DNA of 64,000 bases from Azolla caroliniana (lineage: Eukaryota; Plantae; Polypodiophyta), in NCBI GenBank assembly GCA_043228905.1, contig JBHGNT010000001.1:25668001-25732000 (forward strand), given 5' to 3'. Shown in pieces: positions 20,621-33,555 of the stretch. The position numbers and the translations under genes were made by a program. Positions within the stretch are counted from its first letter, which is position 1. Each line of letters opens with the position of its first letter. The notes below the pieces were generated by a model. The model saw only the letters and a list, made by a program, of their open reading frames with translations. It was not told the origin of the DNA and made no database searches.

Positions 20621-22540
20621 AGACGGGCCGGTTTTCTCCGTCCCAACTTTCTTGGCGCATACCGGAGGATGCGCGGTTAGGTGGGGGCGGATGTCGTGAA
20701 GAAAACCGTCCATAAGCGGAATCGGCTGACCAAGGCGTGGGAACCGGTTCCTCACGCGCGCACGCTCCAAGTCGAACATAGAAGCGAGTTAGGAGGATAT
20801 TCGGAGGAACGGGCCCTAACACGAGTGGAGACAAAGACCGCGCGAACAGTCTTTTCGGTCGCGCGCGCGAGCTAAGGGACGGCACGAGTCGGCGGCGTAA
20901 CTACGCGTATGCGTGAAGAACGGAGTGGATCCCTGTTCGAAAGGGACAGGGGATAAAGCTGACATGACGGCCTGCTCGTCGAGATATATAAGGAACAGGA
21001 AAGAGCTGTAAAAGGATATCGCGCAGAGAGGAGGAAGTGCTGTCGGACCGTTTCTGGACGCTTCACTCTCTGTTTCCTTCCTTCTTGAGCTCCATAGCTT
21101 TCTGTGCAGAGTTCCGAGGAGGCTCGCGCTGTTTCGAGGAACGCCCGAGTGCTTCCGGCAGCACCTCCGACCTGCTACCCCCCCTTTGTGCGTTGAAGCG
21201 AACAGGCTTCGGCATCTGTTCGCCGGCCTGTTCGGTTGCGACCAACCTGTGCCCCATCGGGGGTTGTAGTCGTGCTAGCCATTTTTCTTAATATACATAT
21301 TTAGTCATTCGCATCTGTCTGTGCCGGTGTCTGTTCGCGTTCTCCGTGCTGAAGGGCCGTGTCCCTGTGTATCCCCGGTCCTGCGTAGCCGGTTCTCCCT
21401 CTTTCTCCTCCCTCGCTTGCTCTTTGGTTCGAGGCCCCCGCGGTCCCGCCTCGTTTCCACACGCACTTGCGTAATACCTTGACAACGTGATTATATCGAA
21501 AGTTGTCCTTGTCGGGAAAAGGATGTTGGTGGCCGTCCTCACATTTTTGTGAGAATGGCATTGTCACCATCCCTTTTTCAACAATTTTTTATTGTTGATA
21601 ACCCCGTTGATGACCTGGATTTCGTTACGTAAAGAAACGCCAATAGCCATAATGATGTTGAGTACGTAGGGCTTGACCCACTTCAAGTGAAGTCGCTCCA
21701 ATGACGCACGTATCCAACATCCCTCCCTCGTTACATGGATACGATGCCACCATGAGCTCGTTCTTACGGGAGGCATTCGTAATGACGTGACCATGTGATG
21801 GCCCACGTGAGCCTACTACGAAACGAGGGCTCATTTGGCTTGACCATTAGGTTGCACTTTGGCGTATGCCATCATAATTACGAGACTTGAGGTTAGGTAA
21901 CCTACCAACATAGTTTTGGTAAATGAGGGCGAAATAAGGACCCTTGACATATATGTTCTTTTAAAAAAAACATATATGATCAATTGTCTCGCATATCTCT
22001 TATACCCATCAAACATTAAGCATTCAAGAAGAGCAACTTACTTGGTTGGCTCAAGTGTTTAATGTATTTGTTCTCGAGGTCTCGAGTTCAAATATGACCA
22101 AGACCATACAACATCCTTGATACATATGACTATAACACATGTTTAGACTTAAGGTCTAAGTGCACCTCGGGGTCCTCGTAATAGGACTTAAAGAGCCGAA
22201 ACCACATATGTGGGCACCGAAACATAGTTTATTGTTAACATTTTTTTCGTGTATAAACTATTCATGACGCGAACATACATGGTTGAGCCTCGGGGAGCCA
22301 CCATGAAAAAATCGATATAGAGATCAGGGAAAGACATTTATTTGTCACCCCCATGGTTTTTAAAACACCTTTGTGTTACCATAGTAACCTGATCTTGAAC
22401 CTCATCTCATACGTCTAGAGGGGTATTGACGTGAGATCATGATATCGATTAATGTTTTCCCATAATATGTTTACATCACGACATGATGTTATGACTATCT
22501 CTCTGACCTTATCCTATTTCTTTTCCAGAAATAATCTTTA

Positions 22541-23518
22541 ATGGCTCAAATTAACGACCCGATGTCATCCGCTCAAGCGGAAGGAACTCAAGGGAATCCT
22601 CCTGGACAAATGTCCATTGAGATGTATTTGGCACAAATAACCCAATACCTTAGTTTCACCGCTCAACAGATGACCGAACTTCGGCAATCTCAGAGTGCTC
22701 TTGAGGCACGTGTCATTAGTCTACAACGTGAGACTAATAGACCTGATGAGCGACAAGGTGAACCATCATTTGTCGTTAAGCCATTTACCGGAGACAAAAA
22801 GGAAAGAACCGAAGAAGCAATCTACACATGGTTGGGACGATGGGAGTCTCATTTTGAGCTCTATCCCACGCCAGATAGTACGAAGATTGCATATGTCGGC
22901 CGAGAACTCGGGGGTAAGGTCGCCGCCTGGTGGCGTGGGCTCCGTACTATGGGGAAATTGCCCAATACCTGGACAGATTTTGTCACGGTTTTTAAGGGCC
23001 AATTTCTGCAACCTCCCTCTCGAACCGAGGCAGCACAAGCTTTAATGAACCTCTCTAGCAGGAAATTTTCCTCGCTAGAAGACTATGTTCACCATGCTAG
23101 AACCCAAATCCAAAAATCGGGTCTAGAAGGGGACAATTGGTTGATAGCTTGTTTTGTCAATGGCATCCCCAATTCGGACTATCACTGGATAGTGCACGAT
23201 AAGGATCCAAAATCCTTCGAAGAGGCCGTTGAAATAGTTCTTCGCTATCAACGCACTTCGAAGAAGGACCATAACAAACCCAACGAAGCACCCGGGACTA
23301 AGCAGTCGCAATTTGTTGGGAAACGCAAGACACCCAACGAATTCCTGGATCGCGATTGTAAGCGACAACATCCTTTTTGTGTATTCTGCAAAAAGAAGGG
23401 TCATACAAAAGATCAATGTCGAAAGCTCCAACGGAAAGAGCACGACAAGAAAGCTAAAGCTGCAAACCATAAAGGTCAGATTCCTAATGTCCTTCAGGAA
23501 GCTCACACAATTTTGTGA
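22541..23518 (+). CDS. gag: Gag of chromovirus K
   Basis: Retrotransposon Gag-like AAWW...[13 protein letters not shown] and CCHC knuckle [14 protein letters not shown]; the 3' end is altered by a deletion into the protease. Confidence 0.85.
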   Translation: MAQINDPMSSAQAEGTQGNPPGQMSIEMYLAQITQYLSFTAQQMTELRQSQSALEARVISLQRETNRPDERQGEPSFVVKPFTGDKKERTEEAIYTWLGRWESHFELYPTPDSTKIAYVGRELGGKVAAWWRGLRTMGKLPNTWTDFVTVFKGQFLQPPSRTEAAQALMNLSSRKFSSLEDYVHHARTQIQKSGLEGDNWLIACFVNGIPNSDYHWIVHDKDPKSFEEAVEIVLRYQRTSKKDHNKPNEAPGTKQSQFVGKRKTPNEFLDRDCKRQHPFCVFCKKKGHTKDQCRKLQRKEHDKKAKAANHKGQIPNVLQEAHTIL

Positions 23519-26500
23519 ATGATCGTTTGGTTCAGATATGGGGAATCCAACCCACCGTAAGTGATCACACCTACACGGTGCACTTGGCTGATGGAAGAGT
23601 ACAATACATCAACGGGGCGATTGATTCATTAGGAATTTCTATTGATACTTATATAGAGGAAGTAGACTTCCATGTAATGAATCTTTGTACCACCGATGTA
23701 ATACTAGGTTATCCCTGGTTTTATAATAAAAACTCTTCTTTATTTATTGATTGGGTTCATCATTCCATTTCTTTTGTACTGAACGATTGTACGCATTTTA
23801 TTCAATGTGTAAAAAAACAATCCCTCTCGATTGTTTCCTCGTGTCCATCAATATCCGAGTTGTCTTGTTCTACATTATTTTATTGTGTACTTGATCCGGA
23901 CATTCACATTTACAATATCGATAATGTCCCGGTTCAATTAACATATTTTGAACAACAACAACTTGATGAAATCTTAAATGATTTTCATGATGTTTTTCCG
24001 AGTGAACTACCTGATGGGTTACCTCCTAAACGTAATATAGACCATCGTATAGATATTGTACCTGGTGTTGCACCAATAAGTATACCTCCGTATCGCTTAA
24101 GTCGATCCGAAGAAGATGAGGTATCTAAGCAACTCAAGGACTATTTACGAATGGGTTATATACGTTATAGTAAATCTCCATGGGGTGCACCAGTTCTCTT
24201 GGTTAAAAAGAAAGAGGGCACATGGCGTATGTGTATTAATTACCGACGCTTGAATAAAGTGACGATCAAGAATTCGTACCCATTGCCCCGAGCTGACGAT
24301 CTAATTGACCGTCTCCAAGGAGCTCGGTATTTTACGAAACTTGATCTCCGTACTGGCTACCATCAAATACGAATAAGTGAGGACAATGTTCCTAAAACGG
24401 CATTTCGTATGCGCTATGGCCATTACGAGTTTTTGGTTATACCTTTTGGTCTAACCAATGCTCCGGCTGCTTTTCAACAAGAAATGAATGACATTTTCCG
24501 AGAACAACTTGGAAAATTTGTCGTTATTTTCTTGGATGATATTTTAGTTTATAGCCATACATTACAAGAACATGTTAGACATGTCCGCCTTGTTTTACAA
24601 ACATTTCGTGACAAACAGTTTTATGCGAAGATCTCAAAATGTGAGTTCTTCAAGAAATCAATTACTTATCTAGGACATCTCATAACCGAACGAGGAGTTG
24701 AAATTGATCCTTCTCGCAATGAGAAAATCAAGCTTTGGCCCACTCTTTGGAATATTCGAGATGTTCGATCATTCCTTGGTTTTGTCGGGTTTTTGCGAAA
24801 GTCTCTTCGTAATTACTCCCAATTGACGACGTCGTTTACTGATCTTTTAAAAGGTCAAACACGTAAGTCTACAAAACCTATTGTGTGGAATGCTACACTA
24901 GACCTCGCCTTTAAGGAACTCAAGGACCTGGTTTGCAAGGCTCCTTCACTTCTTTTACCTGATCCTTCAAAACCTTTTGAGGTTGAAACCAATGCAAGCG
25001 ATTATGCTATAGGTGTTGTCTTGTATCAAGATGGTAAACCAATAGCATTCGAGAGTAAGAAACTGGATTCTGCTCAATGTCGGTATACCGTTCAAGAAAA
25101 GGAATTATTTGCAGTTATACATGCGCTCAAAACATGGCGTCATTATCTTTATGGAAATCGCTTTGTGGTAACTACGGACCACGAGTCCTTGAAATATTTT
25201 TGTGACCAACAAGACCTGAAAGGTCGTAAGGCACGATGGGCTGATCTCATCCAGGACTTTGATTTTTCCATACGATATCGTAAAGGTTCCATGAACACTG
25301 TCGCTGATGCACTAAGTCGCATCCGTGAAGTTAACATGCTTAGCTTCACTGAAATAACATCAAATCTTTATGATCACCTTCGAGGAAAGTATCTTGATGA
25401 CAGTTATTTTGCAAAGTACTGGGCAAGAGTTGAGTCTGGAACAGACACCACCACATCCTCGAAGGAATACTTCCACATTGCTAACGGTTTGCTCTACCGT
25501 AATGGGAAGGTTTGTGTTCCAGATTTACCCGAGGTCAAAAAGAGGATTCTTTTTTAATACCATGATGCACCCTCAGCAGGGCACCCTGGAATACATCGTA
25601 CACTCGTTCTTATCTCCACTCAATTTTATTGGCCTGACATACATAGCTATGTGACTAAATGTCACCAGTGTCAGGTTAACAAAGCCGAGCGACTTAAAGC
25701 CACAGGACTTTTACATCCCTTGGACATTCCCAATAATAAGTCGGAAAGTATATCCATGGATTTTATTGTTAGCCTTCCTCGCACCCAAAAAGGTCATGAT
25801 GCCATCTGGGTTGTCGTTGATCGACTAACTAAAATGGCCAGATTTATTGCTACTAAAACCACGGTAACAACTCCTGAATTGGCTTACCAATTCGTTGACG
25901 AATTGTTTCGTTTTTATGGGTTACCGATGGATATCGTGAGTGATCGAGATCCAAAGTTTACTGGTGACTTCTGGACGCAAGTCTTTAAGAAGTTAGAAAC
26001 TACGTTGAGCATGAGCTCCACGGATCATCCTCAATCCGATGGACAGACAGAACGAGTAAATCAAATTATTGAGGACATGCTTCGAGCATACGTTGGTGCA
26101 AAACCAACAAAATGGCAACGTTATCTCCCAATTTTGGAGTTGCTTATAACAGCTCCAAGCATACGTCGACGGGATATAGTCATTTTATGTTGATGTATGG
26201 TTTTCAGCCACGAGCCCCGATTGATGTTAATATACATCATGATGAGTTATGAAGTACGCAAAACTTTCTTCGGGATATGCAAAATATGTTGCATATTGCA
26301 CGAGATAATATAAAAATAGCTCAAGATAGAGCGCGTTTTTATGCCGATCATCATAGGCAACCTCGTGTATTCAACCCTGGACAGAAGGTATTTTTACGTG
26401 TACCTCACAATTCTAAGACATTGTCTATGGGTAAGTGCGCTAAGTTAGCCCCACGGTTTTGTGGACCTTTTACAGTCCTCAAACGCATTGGGTCATCAGC

Positions 26501-26837
26501 CTATCGTCTCGCTCTTCCCGATGGTGTTGGAATTCATCCAGTCTTCCATGTGAGTCGTCTAAAAGAACTTCTAGGTTCTGGCGACAATACAGTTACAACT
26601 GAAACTCTGGTTACTTCTGAAGAATTATTTTCTAAACCACATGTACCAGAAAGAATTCTCGATGTTAAAACAAAAAAATTACGTACTAAAGAAATCCGAC
26701 AATTTAAAATAAAATGGATGGATAAATCAATAAAAGATGCCACATGGGAATGCGAAAATACTCTCAGAACTAATTTCCCTAACTTTCCATTGCAAGAGGG
26801 CAATGTTTTAAAGAGGGGGAGTATGTTATGGGCATGA
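23494..26837 (+). pseudogene. pol: Pol of chromovirus K (protease remnant, RT, RH, INT, chromodomain-like C-terminus) with stops and frameshifts
   Basis: SGSSHNFV with no upstream catalytic Asp; [21 protein letters not shown]; HPQSDGQTE; PERILD...KIKW...DATWE. Confidence 0.9.
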
Positions 26838-27802
26838 CCATTTAATATCCCGTGGTGAGAATTTACCGTAGTATTCTATACACGTGGATAAGTGTGAGGG
26901 TTAAATGAGAGTGTAAAGAAGGGGAGGATTACTTTTAATCCTCGGGATTGAGACAACTCATTAGGTCAAGTGTGAACTTGCCTGGGGGCCTTGGGTATCG
27001 CTATAAATAAGAGGCCTAGCTACCCTCATTTGATCATCTTTTGACTACATCGAGACTCTGCTCTTGTGGTGGGTCAACTCTTGTAGCGAGCGCGCCAGCA
27101 CCTGGTACGACTCGACACCACGGCGGTGGTATGGGATGCTGATCGAGGCTCGAGTCCGTCTCGATCCCTTCGCTCAGGGGTGGTCGGGTGGATCGGCACC
27201 CTTCTTTCTCTTTCTCCTTTCTATCTATCATTTGTTTATCCTTATCTTAAGCTTACTTTAGTACTTAGATCTCTAATATGGAGTGACCCCATTGAGAAGA
27301 GCACCGGCTTTGTGGAGGCCGCATGCAGAAACTACGAGGCCCTAATCGACGAAAGGCGAGCGGGAAAAATTGGGGGAGCGGGCCCTGCGGGGAGGTATAA
27401 CACCCGAAGCGCGCCCAAAAGGCACGATGCCACTCCGACCGGGTCCCAGGAGAAGGAGAAGGGCAGGATTCCCAGCTTCCGTTTAAGCTCGGAAATCAAG
27501 AAAACAACGAACCTACAGAAGGTTCTAGAGGAGCGAGTTTTCGACAGTCACATAGAACTCACACTTAGGGAATAGCTTGGCATAGCGAGAAGGGAATTCC
27601 ACGACAGCATCGTGGACCTCGTGAAGAGAAAGCGTCTCACGACGGAACCAGAGCCCGAGAAGCCGGTTGAGGTAAGGGCGGCACTCCTCGACGAGATGGC
27701 CGCAGAAGACGGGCTTGCAGAGAGCCACTACGCCAGGCCGCACTGGGCAAGAGCGACTATAGATACCCACGTTCGTATCGAGGGCGTGACGGAACCGGTG
27801 GT

Positions 27803-30800
27803 TGTCATGAGATGGCAAGACTCGAACCCACGACCTTATGGTATATGGGTCGAGCTCTTAACCATCACACCATCTATTGTAATTCAAAAGACATTATTTT
27901 CATTTATGTTTTATTATAAGAAAGTAATGTATATTCCAAATTTCTCTGGAACATTTTAGAAGTTTCAGGATTACTCCTGACAACAATATAAAAGAAGGCA
28001 CTAGGCATTATGTCGAACCAAATTGGTTCAAACTGTTAGGAATAGTACTAAAGCAGAGATGGAATTAGTACTAAAAAGAGCAGTACTATTAGAATAGTGT
28101 CATGAGATGGCAAGACTCGAACCCATGCCCTTATGGTATAAGGGTCGAGCTCTTAACCATCACACCATCTATTATAATTCATAAGATATTATTTTCATTT
28201 GTGTTTTATTATAAGAAAGTAATGTATATTCCAGATTTCTCTGGGACATTCTAGAAGTTTCAGGATTACTCCTGACAACACTATAAAAGAAGGCACTAGG
28301 CATTATGTCAAACCAAATTGGTTCAACGCCAGTCTTAAGCCTCTCAGTCGCTTTGTACTTATCTTTTCACATAATATATTAGCTGTTGTCATCATCTTTC
28401 TCTCTCTCTCATCACCGTCCCGATGACTGTCCCATCGATTTACAACCAGGAACAGAGCCACCATGGGGACCAATTTACAACTTGTCACCCACCGAGTTAG
28501 AAGTCCTTCAAGCCTACATAGAGGAGAACTTGGCAAACGGGTTCATCCGTCGTTTGAAATCTCCGGCCGGTGCACCCATCTTCTTTGTCAAGAAGAAAGA
28601 TGGCTCACTTCGTCTCATCGTTGATTACCGCGGATTGAATAAGGTCACCATCCGGAATAGGTATGCACTTCCTCTTATATCAAGTCTTTTAGAGTGAGTT
28701 AATGGTGCCAAGTTTTTTACCAAAATCGATCTACGAGGAGCGTATAACCTCGTGCGGATCCGACCGGGAGATGAATGGAAGACCGGCTTTCGCACGCGGT
28801 ATGGGCATTTCGAGTATACTGTTATGCCGTTTGGCCTAACCAATGCACCCGCAGTCTTCCAACACATGGCAAATGATATATTCAGAGACCTCTTGGATAT
28901 CTGTTTGATTTATTAGAAGACCCAGCAAGAGCACGATTCTCATGTACTATTAGTACTAAAGTGACTCCGCGAGAATTGTCTTTATGCCAAGCTAGAAAAA
29001 TGTAGCTTTGACTGCAAGCAAGTGGAATTTCTAGGCTATGTCATCTACTCAAAGGGCATCGCCATGGATCCAGCTAAAGTCCAAACTGTACTAGAGTGGC
29101 AAATTCCACGGTCGGTACGAGATGTACAATGTTTTCTAGGTTTTGCTAACTTCTACCATAAGTTTATACAGGATTACTCGAAGATTATCTTACCCCTCAC
29201 ACAACTTACGAAGAAGGGCCAAGCATTTCTTTGGTCCATTGAAGCAGATATGGCTTTTCGGCATCTTAAGAAAGCCTTTACATCAGCACCGATTCTAGCT
29301 CATGTGGATACTAGCAAACCATTCATCATGGAGGCCGATGCTTCAGATTTCGCCCTCGGTAGCATCCTTTCTCAACAAGGAGATTAAAAAAGAGTTGCAT
29401 CCGGTGGCTTTCCATTCACGCAAATTCGATGTTGCGGAAATCAACTACGAAATACATGACAAGGAGTTATTAGCCATCGTGGATTCATTTGTGCAATGGC
29501 GGCATTTCTTATAGGGCGCTCCACATCAGGTCGTTGTCTTTAGTGATCATAAAAATCTTGCTTATTTCCAGAACGCTCACGTACTAAATCGACGGCAAGC
29601 TCGGTGGGCGCAATTCCTCACGCGTTTCGACTTCAAAATCACATATTGACCGGGGAAGCAGCAAGGAAAAGCAAATGCACTATCACGTCGTTCATATCTT
29701 GCACCTCGTCTTGGTGATCCAACATTTGATAATCAAAAGCAAGTAATCTTGGGACCAACACGATTGCACACAACGCGGATTTTTCACATCCCGATGGATT
29801 CACAGATTACCGATGACATCCGTGCAAACTTGAAGACGGATAGTTTTGCTCAAAACATCTTGGCGCACATTGATACTTCTCGGGCATCCTGTTCTCAGTC
29901 TCAACAACCAGGTATTGACTACCGACAATTCGAATATCATGTTGGTTTGTTATTCTTTAAAAAGCGCGTATATGTCCCCGATTGCTCCTGTCACCTTCAA
30001 ATCGTCCAGCATTGTCACGACACCCATACGGCGGGACATTTCGGTAGTACTAAGACGTTGGAGCTAGTGCAGCGATCTTTCTGGTGGCCCCACATGCGCC
30101 GTTTTGTTGACGACTACGTTCGGACCTGTGATGCTTGCTGCCAAGCAAAGATGCCACGACACCATCCATATGGCTTGTTGGAACCCTTACCGATTCCAAG
30201 TAAGCCGTGGCAATCTATTTGTCTTGATTTTATCACAGATCTGCCGGTCTCGAAGGGGTTCGATTCTATCCTAACCGTCGTCGATCGATATACGAAGATG
30301 GCACATTTTGTGCCGTGTACTAAGGCCATCACTAGCGAGGAAACCGCCACCCTAGTCATGCGTGAGGTATTTCGGCATCATGGCCTCCCAGACAGTATCA
30401 TCAGTGACCGAGGACCGCAATTTGTCTCCAAATTTTGGCAGCATCTCTTCAAGATGCTAAAGGTCTCTTGCAACCTCTCCTCCGGCTACCATCCTCAGAC
30501 TGATGGGCAGGCAGAACGAACAAACCAAACGCTAGAGCAATATCTCCGGTGTTTCCTGAGTTATCAACAGGACGATTGGGCCAAAATTCTCCACTTTGCG
30601 GAGTTTGCGTATAATAATGTTGTTCACTCCTCGACTCGAGTGTCCCCATTCTACGCTTATACCGGTTCTCATCCTCGCTGGTCGGTGATCGACACCCCGG
30701 AGCTACCTACCAATCCTCGTGTCGGGGATCATTTGGAGAGACTACGCAAGATCCAAACAGATCTCTCGACTCATCTTCGTCATGCTCAACAGACATAGAA

Positions 30801-31763
30801 GACTTACGTGGATCGTCATCGGCTTCCCTCCTCTTTTGCCATCGGAGATCGAGTATGGCTCTTACGTCGTCACATCAAGACTACTCGACCGTGCGACAAG
30901 TTGGATTATCGACAACTCGGTCCTTTCCTTATTACGGGTAAAGTTAATGATGTCACATTCCACCTTGATCTCCCTTCGCAGCTTCAGATACATCCGGTTT
31001 TCCATTGTTCTCTTCTTGAACCTTATAAATCAAACACCATTCCCGATCGTGTTACACCACCGCCACCCCCGCTGGAGTTGGACGCCGGCCCGGAGTATGA
31101 AGTTGTTGCCATCCTCGATTCCAAACTTATTCGCAACAAACTTTATTATTTGGTCGATTGGGTTGCTTATAGTCCGAGCGAACGCACTTGGGAACCTGTC
31201 GAGCATGTTGCCAATGCTTAGGATCTGCTTGCTGATTTCCACCGAAAGTATCCGGACAAACCCGGTCCGCAATAAGTGCCGACTCGTTCCACTCGTCGTC
31301 TTTAAGGGGGAGATAGTGTCATGAGATGGCAAGACTCGAACCCATGATCTTATGGTATATGGGTCGAGCTCTTAACCATCACACCATCTATTGTAATTCA
31401 TAGGATATTATTTTCATTTATGTTTTATTATAAGAAAGTAATGTATATTCCAGATTTCTCTAGAACATTCTAGAAGTTTCAGGATTACTCCTGACAACAC
31501 TATAAAAGAAGGCACTAGGCATTATGTCGAACCAAATTGGTTCAACGCCAGTCTTAAGCCTCTCAGGCGCTTTGTACTTATCTTTTCACATAATATATTA
31601 GCTGTTGTCATCATCTTTCTCTCTCTCTCATCCTCGTTATCTCTCTCTCTCTCCTCTTCTCACTTCCTCTCTCGGGAATCTTACACAGTCTCGTCCTCTT
31701 AGTACTAATAGTACAGCTCTTCTTAGTACTAATTCCATCTCTGCTTTAGTACTATTCCTGACA
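27803..31763 (+). mobile_element. Second Tcn1-like chromovirus, rearranged (LTR pieces 27803-~28032 and 28098-~28413; 3' LTR 31317-31763)
   Basis: 5-bp TSD GTGGT at 27798-27802 and 31764-31768; PPT AAGGGGGAGATAG; RT-RH-INT-chromodomain pseudogene at ~28414-31275; gag and protease absent. Confidence 0.9.
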
Positions 31764-33555
31764 GTGGTGGCATTAATGACCACGGGTCAGAAATTAACCT
31801 CATGTCTATGGACTTCTACAAAAAGGGGAATTGGCCGATCAACACCAAACACGGGTGGAAGATACGCGCGACTACAAGAGCCATGGAAGAACTACACGGG
31901 GCTTGCCTGAACGTCAGGGTGAGCGTCGGAAACATCGATATAAACTAGCACTTTTCGTGCAAGAGACGTCCTCCCACCCGGTCATCCTCGACGAACCATA
32001 CATCACGACGGCTAGAATGGAGACGAAAGTTCTGGACAATAGTTCAGCCTATGTGAGGGTAAAATGTCAAGACGACCGTCATTCCGTCCAATTTTTGACA
32101 GTTCGGAAGAATCATGAGCGGAACAGGGACACCCTCAAAACTAATGACAAGGCGGATTTTTAGAAAGGGCTATCAAGGCGTGGGGCTGCAATAGTCCGGA
32201 TAGTCGGAAAATTCGCCACACCTATAAAATAGGAAGGAAAGTTTTGTTCTCCGACAACGAGGGATGTACCATAGCCAGCATCAGTGGTCCCGCCTCGTTC
32301 TCCACGCACGCGCATAACAACGCGACATATTTGGTGAACCCGACGTGAACACACGACAGAGGAATAGAAAGATCAGGGGGTCGGATCTCGGGGAAGCCAT
32401 GGCGTCGGCTGTGGATCGGATAGTGAGTGCGCGCGAAGGCGCAAGCGCCCTCGATAGGGCTATTGAAGCGGTCGTCGACACGATACGCCGGTTCGGTGGG
32501 AAGGATGCCATGAGCTATGTGGAGGCCTACCGGGCCGAGATGGTAATGAGGAACATTCCGGAAGAAAGGCGACTGACCGGATTCCCTCGGGTGGCGATGT
32601 CGGGCATCCATGCAGAGGTTCTCGAGGTACGGGCGGAGAGCCGGACCTGGGAAGAGTTTGAAGGTCGGCTCCTCGATAAATACGGGCTTGATGACACGCT
32701 TCGGCTCTCGAAAAGGGACTTCATGGAATGGGTAGAGACCCCCGAAAAGGGGAGAAACGCATCGGTACTCCTCCAGGAGTTTGAAGAACGCTTCACGCAT
32801 CTATCGGTGCTCGACTAGACCGTACTAGACACAAGTCGCGTCCTGTTGTTCGTTAAGTCGGTGGATGCGAGGAACCGGGAGCAAGTGGGTCTCCTACTGG
32901 AGATTGATGACGGGCTAACGGCCGACTGGGCCGTGGTGAAGAGAGTCTGTGGCCGTTTCGACAAACGGCGGGAGTGGGTCGATGAAGGATCAACAGGGGT
33001 GGGCTCAGTAGCAGCAAGGAAACTCGAGCCAAACCCGCCAGTGCGAAGGGAAGAGACCCAAGACTGGCTCGAGACCGGATCGACTTCGACCGGCATGGTC
33101 AAAGGCTTGTCCGGAGGAGCAGCTCTAGAGGAGCTGACTAGGATGGTAAAGGACCTCCAGATTGCACAAGCACGGAGGGACGGCGGCGAACAAGCCCATC
33201 ACCGAAGGCCTCTGGCTGGAAACCGGTGTTTGTGGTACGACGCGGTCAGCCACGTCCGAAAGGACTGCGGGGACTCCGCCGAGGCAATGAGAGCCAACGT
33301 GGTGAACCTATGGAACGGTCGGGTGCACGCTAGGGAGACCCAAAGGGCCCTGGACCTAAATGTTGGACGAGGGGGTATGAAACGGCTAATGGAAGAAGCA
33401 GCGGCTCGCCACGCGGACACCGTCCACTACTCGGCGTCGGCTGGGATCCGAGTCGACGGTGGTGAGGCCCGGAAGCCGAACGAAGCCAATTTCTGGCCGC
33501 TGATGCTGGAAGGCCTCGCCGGCGCACGGCTAAGGAAAGACGAAGCGGACCACGC

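Larger units (their letters stand above)
14178..21484 (+). mobile_element. Intact, very young Trp-primed non-chromodomain Ty3/Gypsy element E (793-bp LTRs 14178-14970 and 20692-21484)
   Basis: TG...CA ends; 4-bp TSD ACGT at 14174-14177 and 21485-21488; 3 LTR differences seen; PBS 14975-14992; PPT GGTTAGGTGGGGGCGGA at 20675-20691; both ORFs uninterrupted. Confidence 0.97.
13085..27278 (+). mobile_element. iMet-primed chromovirus K, full length but decayed, inserted in copy D gag (455-bp LTRs 13085-13539 and 26824-27278)
   Basis: 5-bp TSD TGGAG at 13080-13084 and 27279-27283; PBS TGGTATCAGA at 13542; PPT AAGAGGGGGAG before 26824; about 8 differences between the LTRs by eye. Confidence 0.93.

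Noticed and set aside
20343-20699. Extra ORF after integrase (env-like)
   Set aside because: It overlaps integrase in another frame; only about 70 bp separate the pol stop from the 3' LTR, and there are no hydrophobic segments.
23490-23520. Programmed frameshift between gag and pol of element K
   Set aside because: The protease catalytic Asp and upstream residues are missing ([14 protein letters not shown]), which points to a deletion rather than recoding.
7353-31768. All three chromovirus TSDs contain TGG (GTGGG, TGGAG, GTGGT)
   Set aside because: Only three sites, from two families and in different orientations, within G-rich targets.
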